Below are positions 28,168-41,500 of a DNA stretch of 64,000 nt, piece by piece. Position 1 is the stretch's first letter; each line of letters opens with the position of its first letter. The stretch comes from Trichinella spiralis (taxonomy: Eukaryota): assembly GCF_000181795.1 (NCBI RefSeq), contig NW_003526943.1, forward strand, positions 11,047,759-11,111,758. Direction: 5' to 3'. The position numbers and the translations under genes were made by a program. The notes beneath the pieces were generated by a model. It had not been told where the DNA came from, did no database searches, and saw only the letters and a list, made by a program, of their open reading frames with translations.

Positions 28168-31100
28168 ATGCAATGGGTGCAGTTAGTCGTTGTTCAGATT
28201 GGTCTTCTGATATATTGGTCAAAACTTGACTGTTTTGGTGTAACTACAAGCACTTGTACCCCTTTGTGTTTCAAAGCGGATTGTTCAAAAGCTGCTTGCT
28301 CTTGCAATCCAGATACTGGAGAAATATTTTGTGAAAGCTGTGTTTCGCGTAACAGGTAATTAAATTTTTATTTATTTGTGCTTTTTGGCTTTATTTAAAT
28401 GATATTACGGAAATGTTTTTTGTTTTTCATCTTTGCATATTTTATTTTGCATATATTGTGCATGAGTTGAAGACATCGGAAGTGAAGAGAAAAGGAAATT
28501 TTTACACTATACAATATCGTGTACATGTGAAATGTATTTTCCAGAGACGCAGGAATCTGGTTTTTATTAAAAGAATTTTTGTGCAGTTTTGAATAACCTT
28601 GAACGTCGAGTGCACAAGCAGTTGTAGGGGAAATAGTTCTTCAACATGTTCAATACTATTGCTCTTTTGTTCAACATTTTATGAATGAACCAGTAAAGTT
28701 TCACGCATTGTGCAAATTTGAAATAAGTCATAAAAGAATATACGCAATGCCGAACATGTAAATTGAAATAGTAATAAGGTGAAGGATTTCCATCGGCACA
28801 ATAGTTGTGTAGTAGAAATGAATTAATATTGTTGTTGTTGTTTTCACGTGAAATATATTTAAATTTGAATCCAGATTGCCAAATGCTCAATACAACTACT
28901 CTCAGAAGCTTCGCTTTGGGTGGCTTCTGGATGGATTGGCTTTCAATCACAGCCGAGTGCATATCAGGGTGGAAAATTTCGCCAACGAATGTCATGCTGA
29001 ATTTTTGCACATTTTTGACGGTGATGGGATTTATTCGAAACGTCTAGGTTCCCTGAGGTATGTTTTTTTTTGAAAAGTGAAATTTGAATAAAATTCTTTT
29101 CTTTTTCCACATTTCTTGTTGATTACGTGGTTTTGTAGGACGAGTTTTGCACAGAATGCAGCTTTGCAGAAAAAAGAATTTGTCGCAGAATCCGGGCAAG
29201 CGTTTATTTATTTGCATTGCGAAACTGCTTGCAGCATTTCTGGACTGAACATTTCTTATCGGTAAAATTTTCACGTGGCATATTTGGATGAATCTGGCGT
29301 GCGTGCGGTATGTGGGATTATATTTTTTTTAATCTGTTTGTCACAGATTTGATTCGTGTTTGGATGAATGTAATGGCAATGGTATTTGCAATGTCACAAC
29401 TGGCAGTTGTAAATGCAAAGATTACAAAGGTCCTTCTTGTAAGGAACCGCTGTGCAGTCGGACATGTTCCCCAACGTTCGGCAAGTGTCAGATTGTTGGA
29501 GAGGAAGAAGTGTGCGAATGCAAGAAAAATTATCAAGGTAATTGTTATTTTTAATAATTGAATTGAATGCTTGAGCTAATTATAAAATAATTATAATAAT
29601 GATGATTTCAGGTCCTTATTGCAATATAACAAGTGGCGAGTCGGTGTGGAAAGTTGTAAATGAAAAAATGCCCTATGGCGTAGCTTCACATGCGGTTACT
29701 TTGGTGAATGAAAACGTATGGTTGATCGGTGGTTATACATTTTCAAATGTGGAGCGTTTGATTGTTTTGAAGTGAATTAATTAATTTATTGAAATTGTGA
29801 AATAAATGCATAAGTGTTTTTTTAAGATATAATTTTGAAAAAAATAATTGGTCAATACCGACAACCACGGCTGCGCCTAAAAATCGCTACGGGCATACAG
29901 TTGTTGAATTCGAGGTTTTATTGGATTTTTCTTTTTCAATGAATAAAGAATATATATGGTTGAATTTTTGTATGTAAAATTTAGAATAATTTGTACATGT
30001 TCGGCGGTCTGGTGAGCAGTATCAATATTACAAACGAGCTCTGGAAGCTCGATTTGACCACGATGACATGGTCAGTAGTGCTGGTGCAAAATTTCTACGG
30101 CAGTCAGCAGCCGTTGCAAATAACGGGTCATACGGCTCACGTTGTTGGAAACGTGATGCTCGTTTTTTTTGGGCTGAATCCATATTTAGGTTTTATCAAT
30201 CTCATACAGCAATATAATTTTGGTAAATAGTTTAAAGTGATTAATTTTTTTCTGTTTTTTTTTCAACTTCTAAATTTTCCAGCTAACGGAACATGGTCAG
30301 TGGTGCAGACCAGCGGGGCAATTCCGTCGGCAACGTTTGGTCACACCTCTGTGTTGGACAGTAATGAAAAAGTGATCTTCCTCTATGGCGGTTATCGAGC
30401 TGTTTCAAGTTCAGCCGGTGAAATCATCGACGAACTCTACCATTATGATATTGCTCGACGTAGATGGTATGTGGTTTTTTTTGAAACGAGGTGAGTGCAT
30501 TTGTGGCAAAGGTGGAAATCCCTTTTTTCAGGAAATTGCTCCGCAGCTCAGGATTACCATCCGTCCTGCACAGTGCGGTACTCATGAGCGGGGTTATTGT
30601 TATTTTGAGTTCTTACTCCAAAGATACTTCAAGTCCCAAATGCAAAACTTTCGTCATCGATTCAGCATTGAAATATGACATTGGTAAATATAATAATATA
30701 TATTGAAAAAAATTGATCAAGTCAGAGTTATTTCAATTTTAGAATGTGGAACTTGGAGCAAAATGAAAATGCCTACTTACTTGTCAGCAACATTATCACG
30801 ATACGGTCACCGGGCATTGATGTACAAAGAGTGTGTAATTTTAATAATTTAATTGAATTTAATTTTATTGAAATGTCAACTGTTTTCTTTTAACTAATTA
30901 ATTAGATCGATGTATTTGTTTGGAGGATTTACTGGTACACTGATGACGGATGTATTGCAATTCACTCCGGGTAAAGTGATGTTTGAAAAGCAGATTGATT
31001 GATTGATTGATTGATTCATTTATTTTAATATTTAAATTTTATTGTTGTTGCTTTTCTCTTTCCAGGTAGTTGTTCGTACAACAGAGCCAAAGACGAATGC

Positions 31101-34100
31101 TTGAATAGCCAGCAGGGTGTCAAGTGCTTTTGGTACAAGTCGCGTTGCATGACTTCAGAAGAAGCGTTGCAGCAGATCAAAGTGGAAAAGCGTGGCGGTT
31201 CGTCGACCATTGAAAAAGTGTGCAGCTACACGGGCATTGGTCCACCGTTCAGCTGTTCAATGATCACCGACTGTGCAAAATGCACCAGTACCGACGTGCA
31301 TCCGTGTCGATGGTGTGGCGATCGTTGTGCAGACGACTGTCCACTGGGAAGCGAGGTTCAGATTGAAATTTGCATAAAATGCTTTTTCGTGCATTGTTTT
31401 TTTCCCATTAAGATTTCCAAGCCGGAACATTGTCCAGTGACGGTGAATTGTTCCGAAATTTACAATTGTTTAGCTTGTTCAACTACTAATCACTGCATTT
31501 GGCGTTTAAATGAGCACCAAGTTTACACTTGCGCCGAAGTGAAAAGTTTTGGTAAATTTAATATTAAAATTAATAAATGGACTTTATTCTTTTCATCCAA
31601 TTTAGAAACGACATTGCAAAAGAAATTCATGAAAGATGATGTCGTGCAAATGTCGAACACCGGCGATACGGACGAGTGTAAAATATGTTCCACAATTCAT
31701 TCTTGCCACGAATGCGCCAAAAATGGGTAAAAAAAATAATATCCCATAATGATGATGATTGTTGTTGTTGTTTCTCACGCTTGCTCTTACTTGTTACTAC
31801 AGTTGTCTTTGGTGCGCGACAACTGAACAATGTATCGATCAAAATTCCCACGTGACTGCATTTTTGTACGGTCAGTGTTTGCAGTGGACGGTCAACGTTG
31901 ACGAGTGTTCCGGTATTGGTAGAAATTTTAACAATAGACCCCAACGTTCGGATTCTTTCAGTGTTGACTTGCTCGTCAATATTAACTTGCGACAGTTGTC
32001 TTCACGGAGGGACGAGCTGCGGCTGGTGCGACGACGGTTCCCAGACGGGTCTGGGAACCTGCATGCGCGGCTCTTCCAACGGTCCGGTATCTTGGATCGA
32101 CTCGTCCGGCCGTTACGAGACCGACCCGTCTCTTTGTCCATCCGGTAGATGGTACACTACGGATTGTCCGGGTAAGAAAATTGCAAAATTATCGTTATTT
32201 GTTTATTTGTTTGTTTGTTTGTTTTCCCGTCGTTATTGTATCTTCATGCAGCTTGCCAGTGCAATGGCCACGGCTTCTGTATGAACAACACAGAAGCATT
32301 GGATGATGTGGAGGAAAAATCCGAACCGTACAAATCGTTGCCATGTCTCTCATGCGGCGACAAAACCACCGGACAACACTGCGAGCGTTGCATCGACGGC
32401 TATCACGGCAACGCTTTGAACGGCGGCAATTGTACAGGTAGATATTTAAAACAACATTTATTATGCTTATTATTATTATTATTTATTAATTCTGGTTTTC
32501 AGCCTGCGAATGCAATGGTCAAGCTACGCATTGTGATCCATTCTCCGGACAGTGTTTTTGCACCACAAAGGGCGTGTCTGGATACAACTGCGACAAGTGG
32601 GGGATATTTTCTCTTTGTTTATTCTTATTGTTGTGTGAATTTGTTTTTTTTTTCTTTCCGATAGATGTGAACAGAAATACATTGGCGATCCACGTAATCA
32701 GACTTGTTTTTGTAAGAATATTTGTTTTTTTTGTTTACTTTACTTTCTTTGGAATAAATTCGATTCATCAACTTTCAGACGAGCTTACTGTTGATTTTGT
32801 TTTCACGTTCAATTTGAACGGTGAAGACGACTCGCACATTACCAGAATCAACTTCGTTACACGTCCTCCAAAAGTATACAATTGGAAAAATATTAATTTT
32901 TTTTAATTATTAATATTTAATTTATGTTATTTTTTAAAAATATTTTACACAGGAAAATACCGACGTTAGTTTCAAGTTGACATGTACAGGTTTGTTGAAT
33001 TCTCAAGGAAAAGTTAATCTCACCGTCACTTCCGGTAAATGAGAGATGTTTGGAAAATATTTTGTTTATTTGTTTGTTTGTTTGTTGAATACAATTTTTT
33101 TCTTTGTTGAAGCTGCTTTTGGAATAAATAAAGTTCGGCGGTTTTTGATTGGAAGCGTTTGTCACGAAGTCGAGCGTCGCTTCAGTGCCGAAGAATTCTC
33201 CTTCGGCACCGATGCTAATACCACTTTTTTTGTCTTCTTGTACGACTTCAAAACACCAATAATTATTCAGGTTTTAATTATTTTTTAATAATAATATTAT
33301 CATTTTTTAATATTATTTATTCAATTTATAATTAGATCAGTTAGAACATTTTTTAATTATACTGTAATAAATATGTGCAGGCATGTTGTATGTTGTTCTG
33401 TCGTTTTTGTTTTGTTGTTTCTGTGAATGAACGATTGCCGCCATGGGGATAAAACCCGATGAAATTGAAGAGGTTATCCAATTTTTTTGATAATTACATT
33501 ATTAATTTTTTTTAAATCATTTTTTACAATTATAATAATGTATGTAGGTCGGTGTTGAGGATCAGAGATCGGTTGGTATCGTATACTTTGCTTTGAATTT
33601 AATTCTTTTTTTTTCTTCACAAAATATGGAAATTTAATTTATTTTTAGTTGATATTAAAATATATTTCATCTTTTTCAGATATCATTTGCTCAAACGCCT
33701 TCGGTGGATTGGATGAAATTTTTTGTCACTTTTGCGTTGTGCTTTTTCATTCTGTTGGTGGTCGCTTTTGCCCTTTGGAAAATCAAGCAACGCTTTGATG
33801 TTTACAGAAGGCGACAAGTGATTTTTTTTCAAATATGAATATATATATACTTTTTTTTGAATTATTAATTATTTTTGGGACTTTTGTTTAGAGAATGTTC
33901 GTTGAAATGGCTCAAATGGCCAGTCGTCCTTTTGGTTTGGTTCAGTTGCAATTGCCGGACAATTCTTCTCCGAGAAAAGTAAAACATATTTTTGCTTTTC
34001 ATTTTGTTTTCCTGTTTACGCAACAACGTTTAGTTGTTTATTATTTGTTTGTTTGTTTGTTTGTTTTTTTGTTCAGTGTCCGAAACCAATAGCGATTGAA

Positions 34101-34313
34101 CCGTGCCATGATTACCGTGCCGCCGTGGTCACTTTTGCCGTACGTCTGCCCACCGGAGGTGGGCCGGTGGTTCCGAACGGTCAGTCGGGCTTGGCGGTCG
34201 CGTCGGCTTTGTGCTTGTTGACGCCAAGCCAACTGGCCCAGCTTCAAACGCCCCCGCAAGCTGTGCAGAGGAAACGAAAATTCAAAAGTCCATCTTGTCT
34301 ATTTTCAAACTGA
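28168..34313 (+). CDS. ATRN: Attractin / attractin-like protein (CUB, EGF, kelch, PSI, laminin-EGF, TM)
   Basis: Signal peptide MQWVQLVVVQIGLL, CUB exon (FLHIFDGDGIYSKRLGSL), EGF repeats, kelch repeats (YMFGG, FLYGG), PSI Cys repeats, laminin-EGF CQCNGHG..TTGQHCERC, TM FFVTFALCFFILLVVAFALWKIK, cytoplasmic MASRPF and PIAIEP motifs. Confidence 0.93.
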
Positions 34314-36197
34314 ACCGAGCCCGATTTTTCTCTTTTTCATATTTCACATTACGTTTGACATATTTTCTGTTTCTTTTTCCGAAATCTCTCACGAAACGGT
34401 TATGCTGCTGTTGTTGTTATTTGCATTTTAACCCATATCACTTTTTTTAAAAAAAAGCTGTCCATTTCATTTCTGACGTTTTATACAAATTTTATTTCAT
34501 TGCTGTGTTCGGCCAATCGTGCAAATTGTTTTTTTAACACTTGTTGTCTTATGATAACTATGCAAATATTTTTTTCGAAAAAATGTACTGGATAATAAAA
34601 AAAATAATTGGTGCCATTTTTGGACAGTAATTCGACGCAGTACTGTTCTTATTTTTAAGTAAAATAAGGTTCGAGACAAAAATTTGCATATTTTTTCTTT
34701 ACCCCGACGTCGACATTGGTGGCGAAAGGAAGAAAGAATTCGGTTCGATTCATCACTGTGTGTACGTTTGTGGCCGGAGAAATTGTTTTTTTTTCTGATT
34801 AAAAAAATTTACGCAGCGATTGAAGAAATGGTAATTTTTGTAAAATTTTCGCTCATCAATATCAATGAGTAGTTTTGTTTGAAAATTTCAAGCATCAGTA
34901 GTGACTGTCTTGAAAACAAAATTGAACATCATTTTATTTAAATTAATAATTTCACTTTCAACAATATCTCCTGCTTTCAGATGTATCTTATTTGAAGTAA
35001 AAAATACCAGCAATCGGAAAATACTATTTTCACTTGTATTGCTAGATTAAATTAAATTAAATCAAATCAAATCAAATCAAACATTATTTTCCATTTTCTT
35101 TGCATTTCATTAATAGAAAATGAATGATACTATTTTTCAAATGTAAATTAGATCAAATACATACTTGAGTGCATTTTTTTATTCTGTATGTTTCGTATCT
35201 GAAAAATGAGCACTGCTTATTTGTGATTGCTTCATCATTTAAAAAAGTGATAATAATGAAATAAAAAATAATAATAAATAAAGCAAAAAATATGTTTATT
35301 CAATAGCTTTTATTATTTGCCAGAAATGATCACTCTTTTATTACCGTAATAAGTAAAGATATGCATATTTGAATGAGCAGTTAAATTGAATTGAATTGGT
35401 GTAATTAAAAATTTTTCATTTAAAAAAATGATTCGCATAAATTAATAACAATCATTCAATCAGTCGATCAAACTGATGATGATGTAGTGAATAATGTACC
35501 TTTGATTGTGGGCGTTATTTTGATGTTGTTTGTGCAACTTAATTTAGTCACGCACATAATTTTATCACTTCCGTTTCATCTTGATATTGAAACTTTTTCT
35601 GATCAATAAAACTCTTGTTATTTATATTATTCAAGATCAATATTTGAAATCCTATCGAAATATCTAAAAACAACGCCAATTGTCTACAATTGAACAACAA
35701 TTTTGAAGTATACTGTATATAAATTTTTTTAATTTTCAAAATTTTAATTGAAATTTAATTAATAAATTCACTAATGATTGTATTTAAAAGAAAACCAGTA
35801 GCGAGTTTTACAGAAACTGATGGTTTGACGGTGATTGATTATTATAAATTTTTTCAGTTATGCTTCAATTGTTAATATGACATTTGTTTGTTGCTTAATT
35901 TTTCACTAATTTTTTTTACAATTTATTTGATAATGAATGAAATTGAATATTAATTTTTATAAATTTAAACAATGATAATCGTTGTTTATCGACGAATAAA
36001 ACCATTTGTTTATGTGTTTGTTTGTCTGTTTAATGTACTAATGTTTAGTAATCTTGAACTTTAGAATTTTCAGTTGCATTAACTTTTCATTGTTGATCTA
36101 CTTGCTCAATAGAGTAGATTTGATTTTCGATTTTGCAATATTTAAAAGCTATATGGCCGATCAGAAGCATATTAATTACGTTCATTGAAGATTGCAG

Positions 36198-36407
36198 GCG
36201 GTGAATTTGTGCACACGCAATTGTGCGCACTATGAAAACAGCAGCTGTCGAAGAATAGCGAGATATTTTGTCGCTGCTCACCGCCTTGGGAATTACATTT
36301 GCACACTGAATTATGCTATAAATGAAGAAATAGCTATGCGTAAACAAGCAACCAATTGTTGCAAATGCTCGCCTCCACCCCTCGCATACTGCTGTAACAA
36401 CGTGTGA
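36198..36407 (+). other. Possible terminal exon of a small Cys-rich protein
   Basis: After a TTGCAG acceptor, an open frame of about 69 codons with 9 Cys ends ...NCCKCSPPPLAYCCNNV*. Upstream exons not identified. Confidence 0.25.
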
Positions 36408-37063
36408 AACAACAATGATAAATTTGATGGTTAAAAAATCCATTTTTAATTTTCAAATGATTAGCCCAAATCGATGCATTTTTGTACACGTTGTAGTAAA
36501 ATTAATCTTTGCCTCTGTACTCTTTGTACTCTTTTTTTCGACTCGTCAAATGTATCGCGAAGATTAATTAAAATTTTCCACCTAACCACGGTGATTAAAT
36601 TAATTCGTTCAATGTTTTTGTAAAAACGCATTATGACAACTTGACAAGTGTATCTTCAATTATTGTAGAAAGCAGTAGCATTGTTTGGACAATGAAAACT
36701 AGAAATTTTGCTAAATTCATTTATTTTACACGTGAAATATATTCGATATGAAATGAATAATGTCGAAAGGTTGAATTGTACACAATTCAGTTGATTCAAT
36801 CAATATTGATAGGAAAAAAAAGAATTACTGATTTTGTAAATTAAAATACATTAATCAATCAAAGTGAATGAAAAGCATTTTACATCAAAACAAAAAGAAG
36901 TGAATGTTCAGTAATAGTAGAAAAGAAAAATAATATTCTATGGACAAGAAGCATCTCTCCTGGAATAACAATCGAAATTTCGATAGCACAACCCCGATGA
37001 TTTTATAGCAAGCACTGGTAAAAGTTGAAAAATAAAATAATAATAATAATAACTGATAAATGT

Positions 37064-38095
37064 TTAAACTGTTCCAGATATCGCATCTTGACCGTTTCCG
37101 TTTTGTTGCTGATTTTGAGAGGACGCCTTTCTCGGATAAAGTACACCCTGCGCTTCGAGATGTTTTCTCGTCAAAAAACTTCTGCACAATTTTATATTGA
37201 AAAATAAAAAAAATTTGCATTAAAAAGAAAACCCACCGAACACTGGCTTGAATCATCACTGCCGCTTCTTCTGGTGACAAGACGCGTTCGGGGCGCGCAT
37301 CCATGCTCATCGACCGTCCACGTTCTGGATGCAATATTTCGTTATGATTGTGGTGAATTTTTATTCCTTCTTGTTGAAGATGTTTTCTAGTCAAATATCC
37401 ACTAAAATATTGGTGATCAAAATAAAAATTATTTTCAATAAACAAAACCTCACCGAATGTTAGCTTGTATTTTTGTTGCACTGCTTATCTTTACTGGATC
37501 AGAATCGCTTGAAAAAAAGAAATATTATAAAATAATTATTATTATCATCACAGATATTTATATTATTTACCCTTGCATGAAGTTGTTTTGCTGAATAGTT
37601 GCTTTCGATTCGACACTTTCCATTGCAGCAGTTTTGTCGTCTGAACTTTGCAAACCCAGTCGTCGAGCCTGTATGACAAAATTAAATCCTGTTCATCAAA
37701 ATAGGCGCACTGTAACGCCCACGCGATTCCCAACAAAGCCTACCTCTTTTGTCAACGTGGTCTGGAATGCGGCGTACATTTCTTTATTGTTCAACGGATT
37801 GTCGTGCACTTCTGAAATCCACAATTGATATAAATTTAATAAATGCGAAGAATAAACGAGGAAAAAAACAGAATGAAAGCAAAAAGAGAGGTTTTAAGTT
37901 TGATTGATTGGATTTTTTTTAAGCTGAAAAATTGCAATCACCTTCTCTGACTTGAAGCAGCGTTTGAAAAAACAGTGCGCAAAACGAGCAGATATCTTGA
38001 GGACGATAGCAGAGCACTTCCCGTGCTAAAGCGACCAACAATGGACGCAATCCTGGCGGGATGGCGTTTTCTAAATCCACGGCCGATTGAGGCAT
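37064..38095 (-). CDS. Sperm surface protein Sp17-like (RIIa docking domain + IQ motifs)
   Basis: N-terminal IPPGLRPLLVALAREVLCYRPQDICSFCALFFQTLL (RIIa D/D domain). C-terminal IQ motifs IQAS(I)R|GYLTRKHL and IQASVR|SFLTRKHL are split by introns. Stop TAA 37064-37066. Confidence 0.8.
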
Positions 38096-38473
38096 CTGCA
38101 CGTACGACAACGTCTATGATTCACCAATACTGAATTGACGTAGAGAGAAGCTTTTCAGTTGTTCTTCTTGTTGTTGTTGCTTACTCAAAAAAAAATAAAG
38201 CTATCAACGATGACGTCAACCAGACTGAATATGGATCAAAAGATGGTGTAACAAAGCTGTCAAACTGCTAGGGATAAATGTGAGGAAGCAATTTTGAAAA
38301 GAAAAAAACTGTTGGATAAAATTTGGATAAAAGGAGAGCCAATATGAGCAATCTATTCGACCGTCCAGCAAGCAAATGCTCAAGAGGAGCGATCGAAAAG
38401 TGAACATTCGTCAACTTCATCCATCGATCCAGAGCACACTGCAATCTTTGCTTGCTCTGTGTGCCTGCCGATG

Positions 38474-38527
38474 AAGCAGCAGCAGCAGCAGCAGCATCAA
38501 CAACAATAATGATAATGATAACAATAA
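38474..38527 (+). repeat. Compound trinucleotide microsatellite (AGC)n/(CAA)/(ATG-ATA)
   Basis: About 7 AGC units followed by CAA/TAA/TGA triplets. Confidence 0.75.
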
Positions 38528-41500
38528 CCGCAAATCCAACGGCAATTACTCAATTTGTGAAGATTGAATTTTCCATTTTTCAAACAATTCATAACTGAAC
38601 TGTTTGTTATTCGATCCGATTTGTCATTAAACTTTAATCGATATTTTTATGTTTGTGCATCGAATATTATTTTACTTCATTTTTATGATATCTTTTCATT
38701 TATTGAAAACAAAATATTCAATTTTGCCACTGCAAAGTGTACAAATTAAACCAGTGGCGCATATTATTTATTACTGCATACGCTTTGGGCTAAATTCGAA
38801 AATCTGCTCTCCAACAGTGATGCAATGTTTGTAGAAATGAAAGTGCACTTAACAACAATATGAATAAATAAAATGTTTGAAAAGACCTACCACTTTGAGT
38901 ATTGTTTATGCACTTTTCAATTTCAATTTTATTTCACTGCTATCAACAATTGTAATATTAAAAAAATTATTAAATCTTGATGAATATGACCATTTTTAAT
39001 TTCAAAAATACAAAACAAGTAATTTGAAACTAGTAATGGAATTATTTCTATTTTTTTCGTTTAACAAAAGAAAGATCAGGTTGAAAGTTATATTTATAGC
39101 AAAAGCATTTGCTATTTTTAAACTCCTTTTCAACATGCTGTTATTATTATTATTTATAACAAGAATTTATTACAAAAATAACTTTACAAACATGTTCATT
39201 TAATTTTACAACTCTTTTGTCAAGTGTTAAACGTGAATAATGATCAAAATATTTTTTCAATTCAATTTGCTGTTGAAATTCTAACCTGCTAGTGGGAAAA
39301 ACAAAAGTAGATTTGCATATTTTATTGAAACTTAAAAATTTAAATTATCAAAAAATTTTAAGTATCAATCAATCAGGCATTTTAGAAATTAAAAGACGCA
39401 AATTTATTATTAAGCTATACTATAAATAAGTGTTCAATTTTATATTACACAATTCTACCCCTCATGCAGATATGAAATGAAGTTTAATAATTTCTTATTA
39501 AAATGATGAATATTGAATCAAATGAAAATTCCCCGATTGAAATTACAATCCAGAGAAGCTGCAAAAACTAATTTCAATACACACTTTCACTTTTGCCAAA
39601 TTATTGGGCATAAGTTGCAATTTTTATCAAATTCAATAATAAATTCAAATACATTAATGCAATGCAAAAATAGAAAAAATTTTTTTTATCAAATCAACAT
39701 TATTCACTTGATGCAAAGTGTTTCATATCGTAATTGATTTATTACTATTACTGCTGCTGTAGTATAGACAAGAGATGTTTTAAAGATTTAAAAATTAAAA
39801 TCGATTAATTTTTTTAAATTAAATTAATATAAAAAGTACAATTGATTAGATTTTCATTTGTGATTACAAATTAAGAAATCATTTTTCCAATTATTATATA
39901 AAATTATAATAATTTCATACTTTTGACAGACCTTCAACTTCTTCTTCGAATATCAATATGATTCTGAATTTTGAATTTATATAATGAAACACGTTTTTCC
40001 AGTTTTTCTCCATTTTGAACAACAATTGAAAACATCTTGCTATTTTTTATGCTTCATTAAATAATATTAATTTTAAAATGGAAAAATAAAAATTAATAAT
40101 TTCTAATATAACAGTTATTGTCTTCTCACTTCACTTCGCAAATGTACTATTATATGACAAAAACGAACACATCCTTCGAAGTGCAATTATCTTGAATTTA
40201 TATGATTTTATTAAAAATAGAAACAACTATAAACACATAAATGACGGACAAAAAACGTTGCATTTCATATGATGATAATGATACGATCGAATATTTTCAG
40301 TTGAATTTGAAATTTTTTAATGCCTTTAATGCATAATACTTTTATTTGAAAAATTTTACGTCTGATAATTTTTCTGCTTTTATTTTTTATTATTTCGCCA
40401 ATTTCTCCATTTGAAATAAAAAGATTTACTGACAATCCAAAAGATTTTGTTGTTGATTGAAGTTCATTTTCTTTTGAACATTGCTTTAAACATATTTTAC
40501 TTTAAAATTAAAATAATTATTAACAGACATCTGAAAATGTTGAAAATGAAAATAACAAAAATGTACCAAATAAGAGAATCAAATGAAATGAAAAGAGGAA
40601 CGTCAAAAGTTCATCTGACACTAATTTTACCTGACATTAAAAATGAAAACCAATTTCTTTTATTTTTAAAATAATCACACTCTGTAAGTAACAATTAAAT
40701 TAACCATATTTTATTATGACTGCCTCGATGAAAAGTAGCATTTCACTAATCCGCCCGTTCAAGCGTAAAAATTTCTCCTCTTGACTAGAATTAAATTAAA
40801 TGTCATATACGGAAATTGTTTATACATTTCAATTAACATATTCACTGACATATGTGACAACTGAAAATGACATCTCGTTGCAAATTCAATCTGCAAATAT
40901 GCGACAACTTTATCTGCAATAAGCACTGATTTTGCAAAAAAAAAAAAGCTTTTAACATATTGACACTTTTTTTGAAAAAAAACCATAAAAATAATTATTT
41001 GTTCTGAAATAATATATTGAATAATAATAGAAGAAAACAAGCAATTTTTTGTTCTTTTGTAAATATTAATAATTATATATTTGGATTAAAACTACAAATT
41101 ATGAAAACATTTTTCATTAAACGTTTTTTATTGGAAGAAAAAGCAAACAATATGCTTACTTTGAAGCAGTTGAAAAAGCGGAATAAGATAAAGTTGAAGA
41201 TGAATATGATGATGATGATGTTTGCTGCCCAGGTGGTCAAGTTGGCTATTTTTTCAAATGTGAAAATATGCTGAAAAATGTTTTAGCAACAACAAATATG
41301 ATAATATAATGTCGAATCAAGAGAGACGTCTGCAAGCTGATCAGAGCTGCATCCAGCTGCGAGACTGCAACTGATATGCAAGCAAGCTTGATACTTGTCG
41401 ACTTTGGAACTTGAATGTCGTAGTAATTGCCTTCCAATCAGAATCATCATCATCATCATCTTCGTCTTCCACCTCCCCCATCCTGTCAGCAACTTATTCA

